NCBI GenBank assembly: GCA_951406725.2 | Contig: OX597816.1 | Span: forward strand, 132,680,001-132,744,000 | Length of the DNA: 64,000 bases | Direction of reading: 5' to 3' | Origin: Octopus vulgaris | Taxonomy: Eukaryota | Shown: in pieces, positions 1-11,877 of the stretch | How the letters are laid out: every line of letters begins with the position of its first letter | Numbering within the stretch: the first letter of the stretch is position 1 | Notes under the pieces: generated by a model | Seen by the model: only the letters and a program-made list of their open reading frames with translations | The model's database searches: none | Told to the model about the DNA's origin: nothing | Program-made: the position numbers and the translations under genes

Positions 1-212
1 TCAATAGGATATAATTTAATATAAATTTGGTTGTTATTTATAACAGGCAAGACACAACATTAGAGTGAGGTTCCTTGTTGGGTGGGGTGGGGATGTATTA
101 TGGTGCGGATATTAATATGATGGTGGGGAAGTTGATAGTATTATTGATTGTGATAGTGATAATGGTGGTGGTGGTGGTGTGGTGTTGCTATTTGTGTGAT
201 GGTGATGATTAA

Positions 213-831
213 CCCTTTGGCATTTAAACCAGCCATATCTGGCCAAAATACTCTACCTGTTTAATGCTCAAACTGGCCAGCTTTGACCTCTCACACCAAC
301 CCTACAATATTACTCTAAAAATTAACAGTTAGTTCATCAAAATCTCAAAGCCACAAACCAATGCATGATTAATTCAAAACAATGTGAATAATTAAGCAGA
401 GTATATGACAGAGTAACCTGAATACTTTTCTACTTTAGGCACAAGGCCTGAAATTTTGGGGCTGGGGGCCAGTCAATTAGATCGATCCCAATATGCAAAT
501 GGTACTTAATTTATCAACCCTGAAAGGATGAAAGGCAAAGTTGACCATGGCAGAATTTGAACTCAGAACATAAAAACAGATGAAATACCTATTTCTTTAC
601 TACCCACAAGGGGCTAAACACAGAGAGGACAAACGGATTAATTCGATTATATCGACCCCAGTGCATAACTGGTACTTATTTAATCGACTCCGAAAGGATG
701 AAAGACAAAGTCGACCTCAGCAGAATTTGAACTCAGAACGTAAAGACAGATGAAATACCGCAAAGCATTTCGCCTGGCATGCTAACATTTCTGCCAGCTT
801 GCCACCCTAGAGTAACCTGAATACTAAAAGA
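213..831. mobile_element. piggyBac-like MITE interrupted by a SINE dimer
   Basis: TTAA flanks (209-212, 832-835); colinear with 59081-59301 once 427-825 is removed. Confidence 0.72.
427..808 (-). mobile_element. Dimeric tRNA-derived SINE (Meta-domain-like core) with 17-bp TSD
   Basis: TSD AGAGTAACCTGAATACT at 410-426 and 809-825; two cores resembling GCCTTTCATCCTTTCGGGGTCGATAAA on minus. Confidence 0.85.
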
Positions 832-1366
832 TTAATGTTGTTGTTGTTGTTGTTGTTGTCGTTGTTGTTGCTGGTGATGGCGGTAGTGGATGTGATAAAA
901 GCAGTGTTGTTGTTTAACCCTCAGTCAATGTTGATTGAACAGACATATGATCAAAATCATTCCACTTGTAGCCATCTAGTCTTCTTATGAATGTGTAGGT
1001 TTTAGATGGTAACATGATTTGAGGGAGATTTGTTATCTATTTCAAGCAGATCAGGCAATCAAACTGAGGCTCCTTCAATGGTGATGTTGGTGGCTATGAT
1101 GGTGTTAATGGTGACGGCAGTATCTTTCCTTACAGCCATCTCCTGTTGATATCATAACCTTTGATGATCAGTCAAGATGGAAGATATTCAGAAGACCCTA
1201 CTACATTTCCAATATACAAGTCATTAAAAGGGTCACTACATAGTCAATTAACCTGTTAGAAAAAGCAGCAAAATCTCCCTCCAATTTATGTTAAGAAGTT
1301 TGCTTCTCGACTACACGGTCCCAGGTTCAGTCATATTGATACCATCATAAAAATGGCATGAGACAT

Positions 1367-1393
1367 TGCTGCTGCTGCTGCTACTGCTGTTGG

Positions 1394-1439
<46 letters not shown>

Positions 1440-1452
1440 CCATCACCATCAC

Positions 1453-1487
<35 letters not shown>

Positions 1488-1578
1488 CCATCATCCTCAT
1501 CATCATCATCATCATCACCATCATCCTCATCATCATCATCATCAGCAGCAGCAGCAGCATCACCATCACCATCATCAC

Positions 1579-1646
<68 letters not shown>

Positions 1647-1647
1647 G

Positions 1648-1688
<41 letters not shown>

Positions 1689-1828
1689 GCATCATCATCA
1701 TCATCATCATCAACATCATCACCACCATCATCATCATCATCATCATCATCATCACCACCATCACCACCACCACCACTGCCATACATACATACATACATAC
1801 ATACATACATACATACATACATACATAC
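1367..1828. repeat. Compound microsatellite (GCT)n-(CAT/CAC)n ~390 bp followed by (CATA)n
   Basis: Visible directly; source of the poly-H/I/D/M ORFs. Confidence 0.97.
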
Positions 1829-2751
1829 AAGAAAAAGCAAAGTTACCAAAGTACTGATGACAATTCAAAACCAACAAGACCTGAGAGAGGAAGGCCTTTC
1901 CTTAGGGAAACATTTGATGTGGTGCAGTAAAATCTAAAAGGAAGCTGCAAGGACGACTTCTCTGCTGACCATCAGCCAAAACAAAAATATTGCAATATGG
2001 GTTCTTAAAATTAGATGGCTGGATAAGATAAGAAATGAAGAGTGGTGGCAAAAGGGGAGAGGTATGTGCTAGTAGAAGAACAGATCCTGAAGTACAAGTG
2101 GGGATGATTAGGCCACAAGTTAAGGAAACCAGCATCCTGCATTAGGAAAGTGGAAGAGAGGACACCCTGAAAATAACTGAAAGGTGGGATACTGAGGTAA
2201 AGCTGATAAAGTAGGGATCCAACTGATAAAGAGAGAACACAGAAAAGACAGCCATGAGTCAAGAACAGTGGGGTAAAAAGAGGTTATCAATGGCTTAATC
2301 TGCACAAGAAGTGAAGGGCTTGAGTGAAATGATGCCTGGAAAAACACAAAGCAAAACAATACAAAAAAAGAAAACAAAACAGGTTGGTCATATGTAGAAC
2401 GTCTTTGATCACATGGCTGCTCAGTCAGAGCTGACCTAGAGTTTAAAACAACATATAACCCATTCATGTCACAGACATACCTGATGCAATGTTTGTGGAC
2501 ATTATTGAAGTTCTCCATGACCAATAAACCACACACACACACACACAAACATGCACATGCACACACACATGCCCATGAAAACACAAATGCAAACACAAAC
2601 ACACACACACATACAAACAATGCAAACACACATGCTACATAATCTGAATCAATAAAAATTAAGTAGACATGATTATTTTTAGCAATGTAATCTCTTTCAA
2701 TTGTCTTAGTAAGAAATATCATATTTTATAATTTCATGTCTTGGCACATAC

Positions 2752-2891
2752 CCAAACACTACATTGGCCATTTTAACTCTTTCTGGCAATAAGTTTCCCA
2801 ATAGCCCAGTTGCTATCTTGTCTGCAGTCTTTTCACATAATTAAGAAACAATTATCTTTGCCATTTTGTTGATGTTAATGCGATTAGTAAA
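2752..2891 (-). CDS. Candidate start-codon exon of a minus-strand gene (coding part 2771-2752: MANVVF(G))
   Basis: Minus strand: acceptor ttttggtttcactataccag|, AAAATGG start context at 2771, donor GG|GTATGT; lies in non-repeat sequence. Too short to identify. Confidence 0.3.
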
Positions 2892-4110
2892 CTGGTATAG
2901 TGAAACCAAAATCACGTTTATTGTTTACCAAAGTCAACTTTACTTTTCACTTTTCTAGGGTACCAGATAGGCACTAGGGATCAATTTAAATGACTAACCG
3001 ACTTCCACTGCCAAAAAATTTCTGGTATTGTGCCTAAGTTAATTTCATCTTTACATCATCCTCAATGTCTTATGCTTTTGTAATCAATTAAAAAAATTCA
3101 TTATTATCATTATTATTGTTATTCTGCCAAAGTTAACTTCGCCTTTCATCCTTTTGGGTCAATAAATTAAGTACCAGTGGAGTACTGGGGTCAATGTAAC
3201 TGACATAATGCCTCCCCAAAATTTCAGGTCTTGTGCCTATAGTAGAAAGGATAAAAATTATTGTTATTATTATCATTATTATTATTATAATATGAAGGCA
3301 GTGAGCTGTCAGGATCATTAGCATGCTGGGCAAAATGCTTAGAAGCATTTCATCCATCTGCACGTTCTGAGTTCAAATTCCACCAAGGTTGAATTTGCCT
3401 TCCATCTTGCCAAAATTTAAAATCATTATCATTATTATTTTAGTTTGTCTCCGGTTCAGTGTTATTCTTGGTTGGGATTATGTTGATAGTGAGTAATTGG
3501 AGAACAGAATTGGTTGCTAGAGCAGTGAAAGAATGTTATTTTCTCGGACGAGTCATCCTTTACCATATTTCCAATCACCAGCCGAGTATACGTATGGAGA
3601 CAGTCAAAAGAAATGGATTCGATCCACCATAGCTAAATTTCAAGGAACAGTTCAACAGAACTTTTCTCACTCCTGTATACGCCATGACGCACATACACTC
3701 ACTCAGTTGCTGTACTGCCCAGTCACTGACTGCACACATTTTGGCATGCAAAGTGACACTGCTATTCGAACTAATCCGAATAGAAAACTTCCCGTATGCA
3801 CTTCAATGATCCTCTCTCCTGATATGCTAAATTTCTCCTCAACCATGCATTTCTTTTTCTCCTTCAATCGTTCGTTTCCTTTTCCGGAACCCCACTGGAG
3901 AGGGGAGTGATGTAGTGGATCCTGCAGGCATGAAGTGGATTCGATCCACCATTGTCAAATTTCATGTAACAGTTCAACAGAACTTTTCTCACGGTAAAAG
4001 GATAGTTTTTCTGTGACAGCAGTTTTACACTTTTCAGATGCCTTAGCTGGGCCAAAATAATGTCTTCACCACTTGACCTTTCTAACCTCTTCTATTTCAC
4101 CAAAAGCTAG

Positions 4111-6498
4111 AATTAAGATAACAAGATCACCATCTAAATTTATTGTTCTCAATAATATGTCTGTCCTTCTGGATAGTTATAAAAGCAAGAACCCCAAGCA
4201 AAAATCAGTTAGTCGGCTCGTGACAACTCAATCAGTTAGTTAATGAATGACAACTCGAGTCAGAGACAACTACCATCAGTAAGGGAGCGGAACGCTAGAA
4301 TCATGATCCAAAGCAAGGCAGCTACTAAAGACAATGGTCAAAGGGAGAAATGAAGTTTACTATCAGCAACTATGAGATTCAGCTTCCCACACTCTCTCAC
4401 TTTCACTTACTCACTTTGTCTTCTCTGCACATTACCATCTCTCTCTCTATGGTTTACTACTACAATAAGAACATACTTCTACAATAAGAACAAACTTGCT
4501 GAAATTAACTTTTTTTTTTACTTCGCACACTCCAGAGACAATCGATCTTCAGCTGATCGCGGCAGATCAGGAAGGCGACGAAGAACTTAATAGGCTCCGG
4601 AATTCGTCGTCCCTCAAGTTCCAGCTGTTCCCATTATCTTCTACCTGTTAGGTATGGTGCGATACGTCCACTGGCCACGAACGCCCTTACGTCCCTTGAC
4701 CTGCATCGACCGCTTTTCTCGATGGCCCGAAGCTTTCCCTCTGTCTGATACTTCAGCGCTGATGTCCTTGTTTGTCCCCTCTATGTTTAGCCCCTTGTGA
4801 GCAATAAAGAAACAGATATCACACTGGGTATCGCGTTTTGGTGTCCCCGCAACCATCACGACAGAGGACGGCAATTTGATTCGCAACTTTTCAACGAACT
4901 CACGCGTCTGATCGGTTCTAAACATTGCCGCACATCAGCGGCAAACAGCATGATAGAGAGATTCCACAGGCAACTGAAATCAGCCATACGTGCATGTCCA
5001 GACCTAACCATGGATAAAATTTCTTCCTATTAATCTGCTCGGTATCCGTGTGTCTATTAAGGACGACATCGGCCACTCACCGGCTGAGTTAGTTTACCGC
5101 ACCACGCTGGCCCTGCCAGAGCATATGATCGCTCCAATATCTCCAAGGGATATTCCTGATCCCACATTTTATGTACATCGTCTCCGTGCACATATTTCCC
5201 ATCTCTCACCTAACGCACCCCGTTCGCAGAAAACCGACACATATGTCCCCTAGGACATTAACCAATGGACGCACGTTTTTATCCAAAACGATGGAATACA
5301 TTCACAAATCCGTCCACCGTATTCTGGCCTCTACAGGGAACTACAGAGAAGAGAGAAATAAACCGACATAAATGGCAAGCCAAATACTATTAATATCGAT
5401 CGACTTAAGAAAGCTATCGTCGAACCCGATTCTTCCTCCTCATCGTCGACTCCGCACCAAACCGTCACAGTTTCGTCAACACTACCCACATGTACCTCAA
5501 CGTCTTCACAGCAAATTCGAGCAAGAAGCGGGTGAAGAGTCCGCTGGCCGGCGAAATACATACAAATTTTCTATTTCAAAAACATTCCAGGTGAGTGATT
5601 TACAGGCACCAATGCCTTAATTTCTACACGAACAGCTATAATACTTATTTTTCTTTCCAATGAACTTCACAAGGACCATACCTGTTACACTTACATTGCA
5701 TTAATTCAAACTCCTGTTTGTCATATTAAATTAAAATTGATTCTGCTTGCATTCTATTAGACTCAAATGAACGGAACATTTTATTCATGAACTGAACATT
5801 TATTCATCACCCGAACATTTATCCATAGCCGGAATTTTTATTTGATTGCCTTCTCAATTTTATTCATATTTTGCACTTCCACTTTCTTTCAGTCGCATTG
5901 TCGCACGTTGCATTTTGCATGTATATATATTTTTTTCTCGTTCACTTTGAAAAGGTGTTGTTGCATATACACATGCATGCACCTTTCCTCAGCGCCTGGC
6001 CTTGCGCACGCGTTTGCACACATTGATGCACACACACACACATCCTAACTATGTCACATTCATACCCAACACATGCCTTTCTCGCTTGTTTTTCATGCTC
6101 CTTGCGCCTTTGTAGACACAAATCGTCTCTGTAAGACCCTAGGTCGGTCACTCATACATACAGAAAGTTGTTTGTCCCTTACAATGTGCCAGCATGCCAC
6201 ACTTTTGCTCCTGCACGATCGAACCATATATGGCTATAATTAAGATACCAAAACCAACTAAATCTGTTGTTCTCAATGATATGTCTGTCCTTCTGGATAG
6301 TTATAAAAGCAAGAACCCCAAGCAAAAATCAGTCAGCTCGTGACAACTCAATCAGTTAGTTAATGAATGACAACTCGAGTCTGAGACAACTACCATCAGT
6401 TAGGGAGCGGAACGCTAGAATCATGATCCAAAGCAAGACAGCTACTAAAGACAATGGTCAAACGGAGAAATGAAGTTTACTGTCAGCAACTATGAGAC
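4111..6498 (+). mobile_element. Decayed Ty3/Gypsy LTR retrotransposon: integrase remnant between ~270-bp direct repeats
   Basis: Frameshifted CIDRFSRWPEAFPLSD, TDRGRQFDSQLF, NSMIERFHRQLKSAI, SPAELVY, RPPYSG (4690-5340); near-identical repeats 4111-4378 and 6238-6498; PPT-like GAGGGGAGTGA|TGTAG at 3900-3915. Confidence 0.75.
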
Positions 6499-7249
6499 AT
6501 CATCCCACGACCCTACAACTTTCACTAGCTGTAATTCTGTTCTCTTATAACATCATTCTATCGCTATCTGTGGATTACTGCAAAGAAAACGTGCACACAA
6601 AACTATACAAGGAAAATATACATCTAACTTTACTTCGCATGCTCTGGGATCTTATCACCTGCTCGTCATCTTTACAAAATGGCAATCAACGAAGAACCAA
6701 TCCTTTACAAACAGATTACACTCCAGCCTACTGTGTATCAACTATCGTTTTCCATATTAACGTTTATCATGTCACAAAATTAAATTTCTACCGTTACACA
6801 AAATTAATCTTTATCGTTATATACATAGATAGATAGATATATGAAGTAGTTCCTTCTGTGACTTTCAGTTTCCTTTTGCCAGCTACAAAGCAATTTAGTA
6901 GAGACTCAGTTTTCACGCACATACATGCATTTAAGAAATTTCTTTCGCACGAGCCTTGAACCTTTTGTTTTTCTCTTTTCATATACTTAGTGAAAATTGG
7001 ACGATATATAAAAGTAGGACAGATAGTGTTTCCATAAGAATAGCTTGGTGATCCCAACAATTGTGAATTGTTGTCGTTTTTGTTAGTTTGGTCTATATTT
7101 CCTTTTTATTGGAATACAAAACAAAACCACATTAAAAAATACAAGTCCAAAACCGGAAGAAAAAATTGGAAAAAGAGGAGCAAAGAAAGAAAAAAAACCC
7201 ATCAATTCAACATCAAACGCCTTAATTGGTCGCACACCACAAAGTTCAA

Positions 7250-7600
7250 CGGAACCTACTGAAGCAAGCCCACGGCATTACCACGAGTGATGGCGAGGCT
7301 AAGGCGTTGGAACAGACAAACACCCTCACGGGCATCACTTGACACCTCGGTAAGCTGAGCCGCCTACGATGACAAGAACTTCACAGTTAGCGGCCCAGCC
7401 CTCTAAACGTCTCAAACGCTACAGGCTAGAAGAAATGGTTCATTGACAGGTTCCGATACTTAAGGATTTTGTTCCGTTCGGCTGCGGAAGGAGTGACCCT
7501 CCCATTTACCGCTGCATCCAGGATGTAGGAGGAAGCAAAGGAGTCACAGACTGTGGCGTCCCAAATGAGGCACCTACCTCTTGCCCACGGGCAAAGGGTT
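7250..7600 (-). mobile_element. 3' fragment of a CRE-clade-like non-LTR retrotransposon (restriction-like endonuclease domain)
   Basis: PWARGRCLIWDATVCDSFASSY..AAERNKILKY..HFF*PVAFETF..LFQRLSLAITRGNA, with stops and a frameshift. Confidence 0.72.
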
Positions 7601-7859
7601 TGGTGTAGAAGAAAGAACTGTACCCAATAGCTTGCATGTGCCTTCATCTAGTTTTTGGTTACCTCTCTTACCTTTCTTGACAAGAATTACTCATTAAAGC
7701 TATCGATTTTTCTCGTTAACATTGACCTAAATATAGCAAATTTTAGTTTTTGTTTGGCTCACTACATGAAATATGTTAACCCTTCCTCACTTAACATATG
7801 TGAGAAATTCCCCATCCTAGTCATTTGCCTAAACAATGAATATTAACACCGAAACATAC

Positions 7860-8540
7860 CTGCAGTTGTCGCCGTGCTTGCTAATGATCAAACTCACCCT
7901 CTATTTATCTATTATATACACCCCATTGTTTGGTATATAACAAATCTGTTTCTGTTTTCACTTTTTTGTTGCATAGCAACTCTATAACAATGTAGAAAAA
8001 TTGATCTTTCGAATTCGTGTTTGATCTCGCTTAACTTGAATTAGCCTCAAAAACTATTTGATTAAAAATAAAATAAAATTATTAGTTTCAAATTTTGGCG
8101 CAAGACCAGCAATTTCAGGGTAGGAGGTAAGTCATTTACATCAACTCCAGTGCTCAAGTGGTACTTATTTTAATGACCTCGGCGGAATTTGAACTCAGAA
8201 GGTAAAGACGGGCTAAATGTCGCTTAGCCTTTTGCCGGGCGTACTAACGATTCTGTCAGCTCGCCGCCTTAAATATTGGTTTCAAAATTTGGCACAAGGC
8301 CAGCAAGTTTAGGGGTATCTAGTCTTTCTCATTTGCAAAATGTGTCCCAATTAATTTTGCTCAGATTGCTTTCAATATTGATGTATCGATGCAACTCTGA
8401 ATTTTGATTACGACCAACCAGTTACTTTATATCGTAAATTAAAGAATCTGACGTCATTTGGAATTAAAGTTAGGAAATTTGGGTTAATTTTAGCCAATCA
8501 ACAGATAGCGTGACATTAGCAGCTTGTTCCATGGCAACTG
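7860..8540 (-). promoter_or_regulatory. Candidate promoter and first exon of a divergent gene: two RFX X-box-like motifs, CRE, CCAAT box, two strong minus-strand 5' splice sites
   Basis: GTTGCATAGCAAC 7968-7980; GTTCCATGGCAAC 8526-8538; TGACGTCA 8449-8456; AGCCAATCA 8492-8500; minus-strand donors AGG|GTGAGT (exon end 7898) and CAG|GTATGT (exon end 7860). Confidence 0.45.
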
Positions 8541-9738
8541 TTGTCTGTGCCGCTGTTGTCTATACTCTTTTTTACTCTTTTACTTGTTTCAGTCATTTGA
8601 CTGCGGCCATGCTGGAGCACCGCCTTTAATCGAGCAACTCGACCCCGGGACTTATTCTTTTGTAAGCCCAGTACTTATTCTATCGGTCTCTTTTGCCGAA
8701 CCGCTAAGTAACGGGGACATAAACACACCAGCATCGGTTGTCAAGCAATGCTAGGGGGACAAATAAAGACACACAAACGCACACACGCATATATATATAC
8801 ACATATATACGACGGGCCTCTTTCAGTTTCCGTCTACCAAATTCACTCACAAGGCTTTGGTCGGCCCGAGGCTATAGTAGAAGACACTTGCCCAAAGTGC
8901 CACGCAGTGGGACTGAACCCGGAACCATGTGGTTGGTAAACAAGCTACTTACCACGTTGATTTTTCACACTTAGTATTTTTACGTTTTTCATTTCATTTA
9001 TCTTTCGGACTCATTGACTTAGGTGGATTTTTGATTTCACTAGGTTAATTCTATTCATAAAAATTTAAATTAGGAGTATTTCTTAAATCGTTAGCTTCAC
9101 ATTTCAACAGCTTAACTGAAATTTAACATACGCAACAGGAACTAAGAGGGATATCACAGAACAGAGAAACTATGGGTGATACAGATAATTTGACATTATT
9201 TTAAAATTCTGCATGCAAAAACATATAAGATACAGGTATTCTTTTCCTTGGGACAAATTCTTTGTTGACCAGTGTTATTCTTATCGTAGTTTACAAATCA
9301 AAGCATGAAAACGTTTCTCAACTTTGGAGTTTTGGAGATAGACGCCCCCCACTTCACACACAGACACACACTTATATATTAATGATGTGCATAAATACAT
9401 GGCAGGTATACATAATACTGAAGTACGCATAAAGGAAACAGATGCAGACAAATATATTCTTTTCTACTCTAGGCACAAGGCTGAAAATTTTGGGGAAGGG
9501 GACTTGTCGATTAGATCGACCCCAAAATGCAATCCCGAAAGGATGAAAGGCAAAGTCGACGGAATTTGAACATAGACAGACGAAATATCGTTAAGCATTT
9601 CACCCGGCGTGCTAACGTTTCTGCCAGCTCGCCGCCTTATACAGACAAATATAACAAATTTTTAAAAATGATAAAAACGTACAATCAATGAAGAGACAAA
9701 AGAAACAGTAAGATGATACATGTTGATTTTATTAGGTA

Positions 9739-10132
9739 CTAGCAGTATCGCCCGGCGTTGCTCGGGTTTGTAAGGGAGATAACTATATAAGCATTTTTAG
9801 AGATGTAAAGTATAATAGCCATCTCAATATGGTTAACCACAAGGGGGGGGGGGTGTCACTGTAGCTTTTTACGTTCTGAGATTTAATAATAAACTTTTAG
9901 AGAGTTACTTCCCTTATATATGCCAAAAATGCATTAAAAATGGGAAAAATTGATGGTAATTTTTTTTTTAAATCGTAGACTCATCGTAGACGCGCGCTAA
10001 TACCGAGAAGGGCTCGATATGAATCACGACTATAAGATACCCGGTTTTGGTTGAACTGCACCGCAAAATGTGGGAGTAGTTAGGAATCTAAATCGTAGGA
10101 GAGAGCACACAACCTTACGTTTATATATAAAA
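9739..10132 (-). mobile_element. Non-autonomous Helitron, same family as 50729-51241
   Basis: Reverse complement shares the 5' ~200 bp and the 3' hairpin+CTAG|T end with the 50.7-kb copy. Confidence 0.82.
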
Positions 10133-10834
10133 ATTTCTGTTTATTTAGAAACTTACAATCGCTAAACACAGAAAATTTCTGTTTCGCCATAAGCTAAAAA
10201 TACCGGGGTTTTTTTTCCGATTTTTAAACCTCTGTAGCTCTTTTTCTCCATAACATCATACCTTCAAAGCAATGAGACTGGAAGGCTACATTATTATAGC
10301 CGATTTTCAGATTTTTTACTTCCTTTTAAAAAATGCATGTTTTGCGAATGAAAAAAAAAACAAACTAGATCCGTTCAAGGGAGGGATTAAGTCGACCCGT
10401 GTTTAACAGGTACTTATTTTATCGATCGTGAAAGGATAAAGGCAAAGTCGAAATTTGTACTCAGAACGTAACATTTGTTCTTTCGAGGCAAAGATAATTT
10501 CAATTAATGAAAAGCTGATCTTGTATGGTACTTCATATAACTTTATTGATCATTGTCTTCTTTTACTTGTTTCAGTCATTTGACTGCGGCCTTGCTGGAG
10601 CACCGCCTTTAGTCGAACAAATCGACCCCAGGACTTATTCTTTGTAAGCCTAGTACTTATTCTATCGGTCTCTTTTGCCGAACCGCTAACTTACGAGTAC
10701 ATAAACACATCAACATCGGTTGTCAAGTGATGGGACGGGGGTGGGGGGAACAAACACAGACACACAAACATATACGTACATATATGTATATAAACGTACA
10801 TATATATAGATATATATGTATGTATATACACACA

Positions 10835-10982
10835 CACACGTATATATAAAAGAATTTTTTACGTAATAAGATAAAAAAAACCAAGGCTGTATAGATATTA
10901 GAGCATCTATAAATGCTCTAATATCTATACAGCCTTGTTTTTTTTTTATCTTATGACGCAAAAAATTCTTATATACATACGC
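10835..10982. repeat. ~150-bp palindrome with a ~6-nt loop inside a SINE microsatellite
   Basis: ..CAAGGCTGTATAGATATTAGAGCAT-CTATAA-ATGCTCTAATATCTATACAGCCTTG.. Confidence 0.9.
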
Positions 10983-11112
10983 TGACATAGAACCAACGTT
11001 GAACCCTTTACTCGCAATATTACCGACTCTGGGACTATAGTCTGTCTATTGCACTTATTCAGCATTACTCGACACTTTTTGGTCTCAATGACACCATTAT
11101 AGTTGACACCTC

Positions 11113-11153
<41 letters not shown>

Positions 11154-11318
11154 ACGGGCTTCTTTCAGTTTCCGCCTACCAAATCCACTCACAAGGCTTT
11201 GGTCGGCCCGAGGCTATAGTAGAAGACATTTGCTCAAGGTACCACGCAGTGGGATTGAACCCGAAACCATATGGTTGGGAAGTAAATTTCTTATCACACA
11301 GCCACTCCTGATCTTTTA

Positions 11319-11845
11319 TCTTCTCTATATATAAAACTGAAATGCGTTTTTACCGCTTGGATCGCTTTCAATGCCACTACATCCCGTCCGATTCGCTCCA
11401 AAATTTACAGGGACATGTAGAATGAGGTGACGATGCTCGTGGGCTACCTTAGAAATCCCTATCTTAAAAGGTGTGGTTGCTAGGGGCCATCTTCCTCACT
11501 CACACTATTTCCTCCAGTACCCTCTCACTCCTCTTCATATGACAAGTCCACTCCAGTTATTTAATGTAAAGTCTTCCTCAAATCACTCTCTCGCTATTTA
11601 CTCTCTTCCAAGAACATTTTCACTCACTCTTATCTCTTAGCTTCCCATACATTTTACTCATGTATCTATCAGCGTTCATACACAGAAACAAATATTACAT
11701 CGCCATCGCATTCTATTGTCTACCTGTCAACACACACACACATATATCTAATATTATATCTTTATTTTTATGTTTTTGTTTTTGGTTTTTTACTGTTTCA
11801 TTTCCCTATTAGTAGTTTTATCTCTAATTTAATTTCTACAGCGTG

Positions 11846-11877
<32 letters not shown>

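Noticed and set aside
1331-1930. Poly-Asp/His/Ile/Met ORFs of 149-190 aa
   Set aside because: Translations of a (CAT)n microsatellite; no splice or homology support
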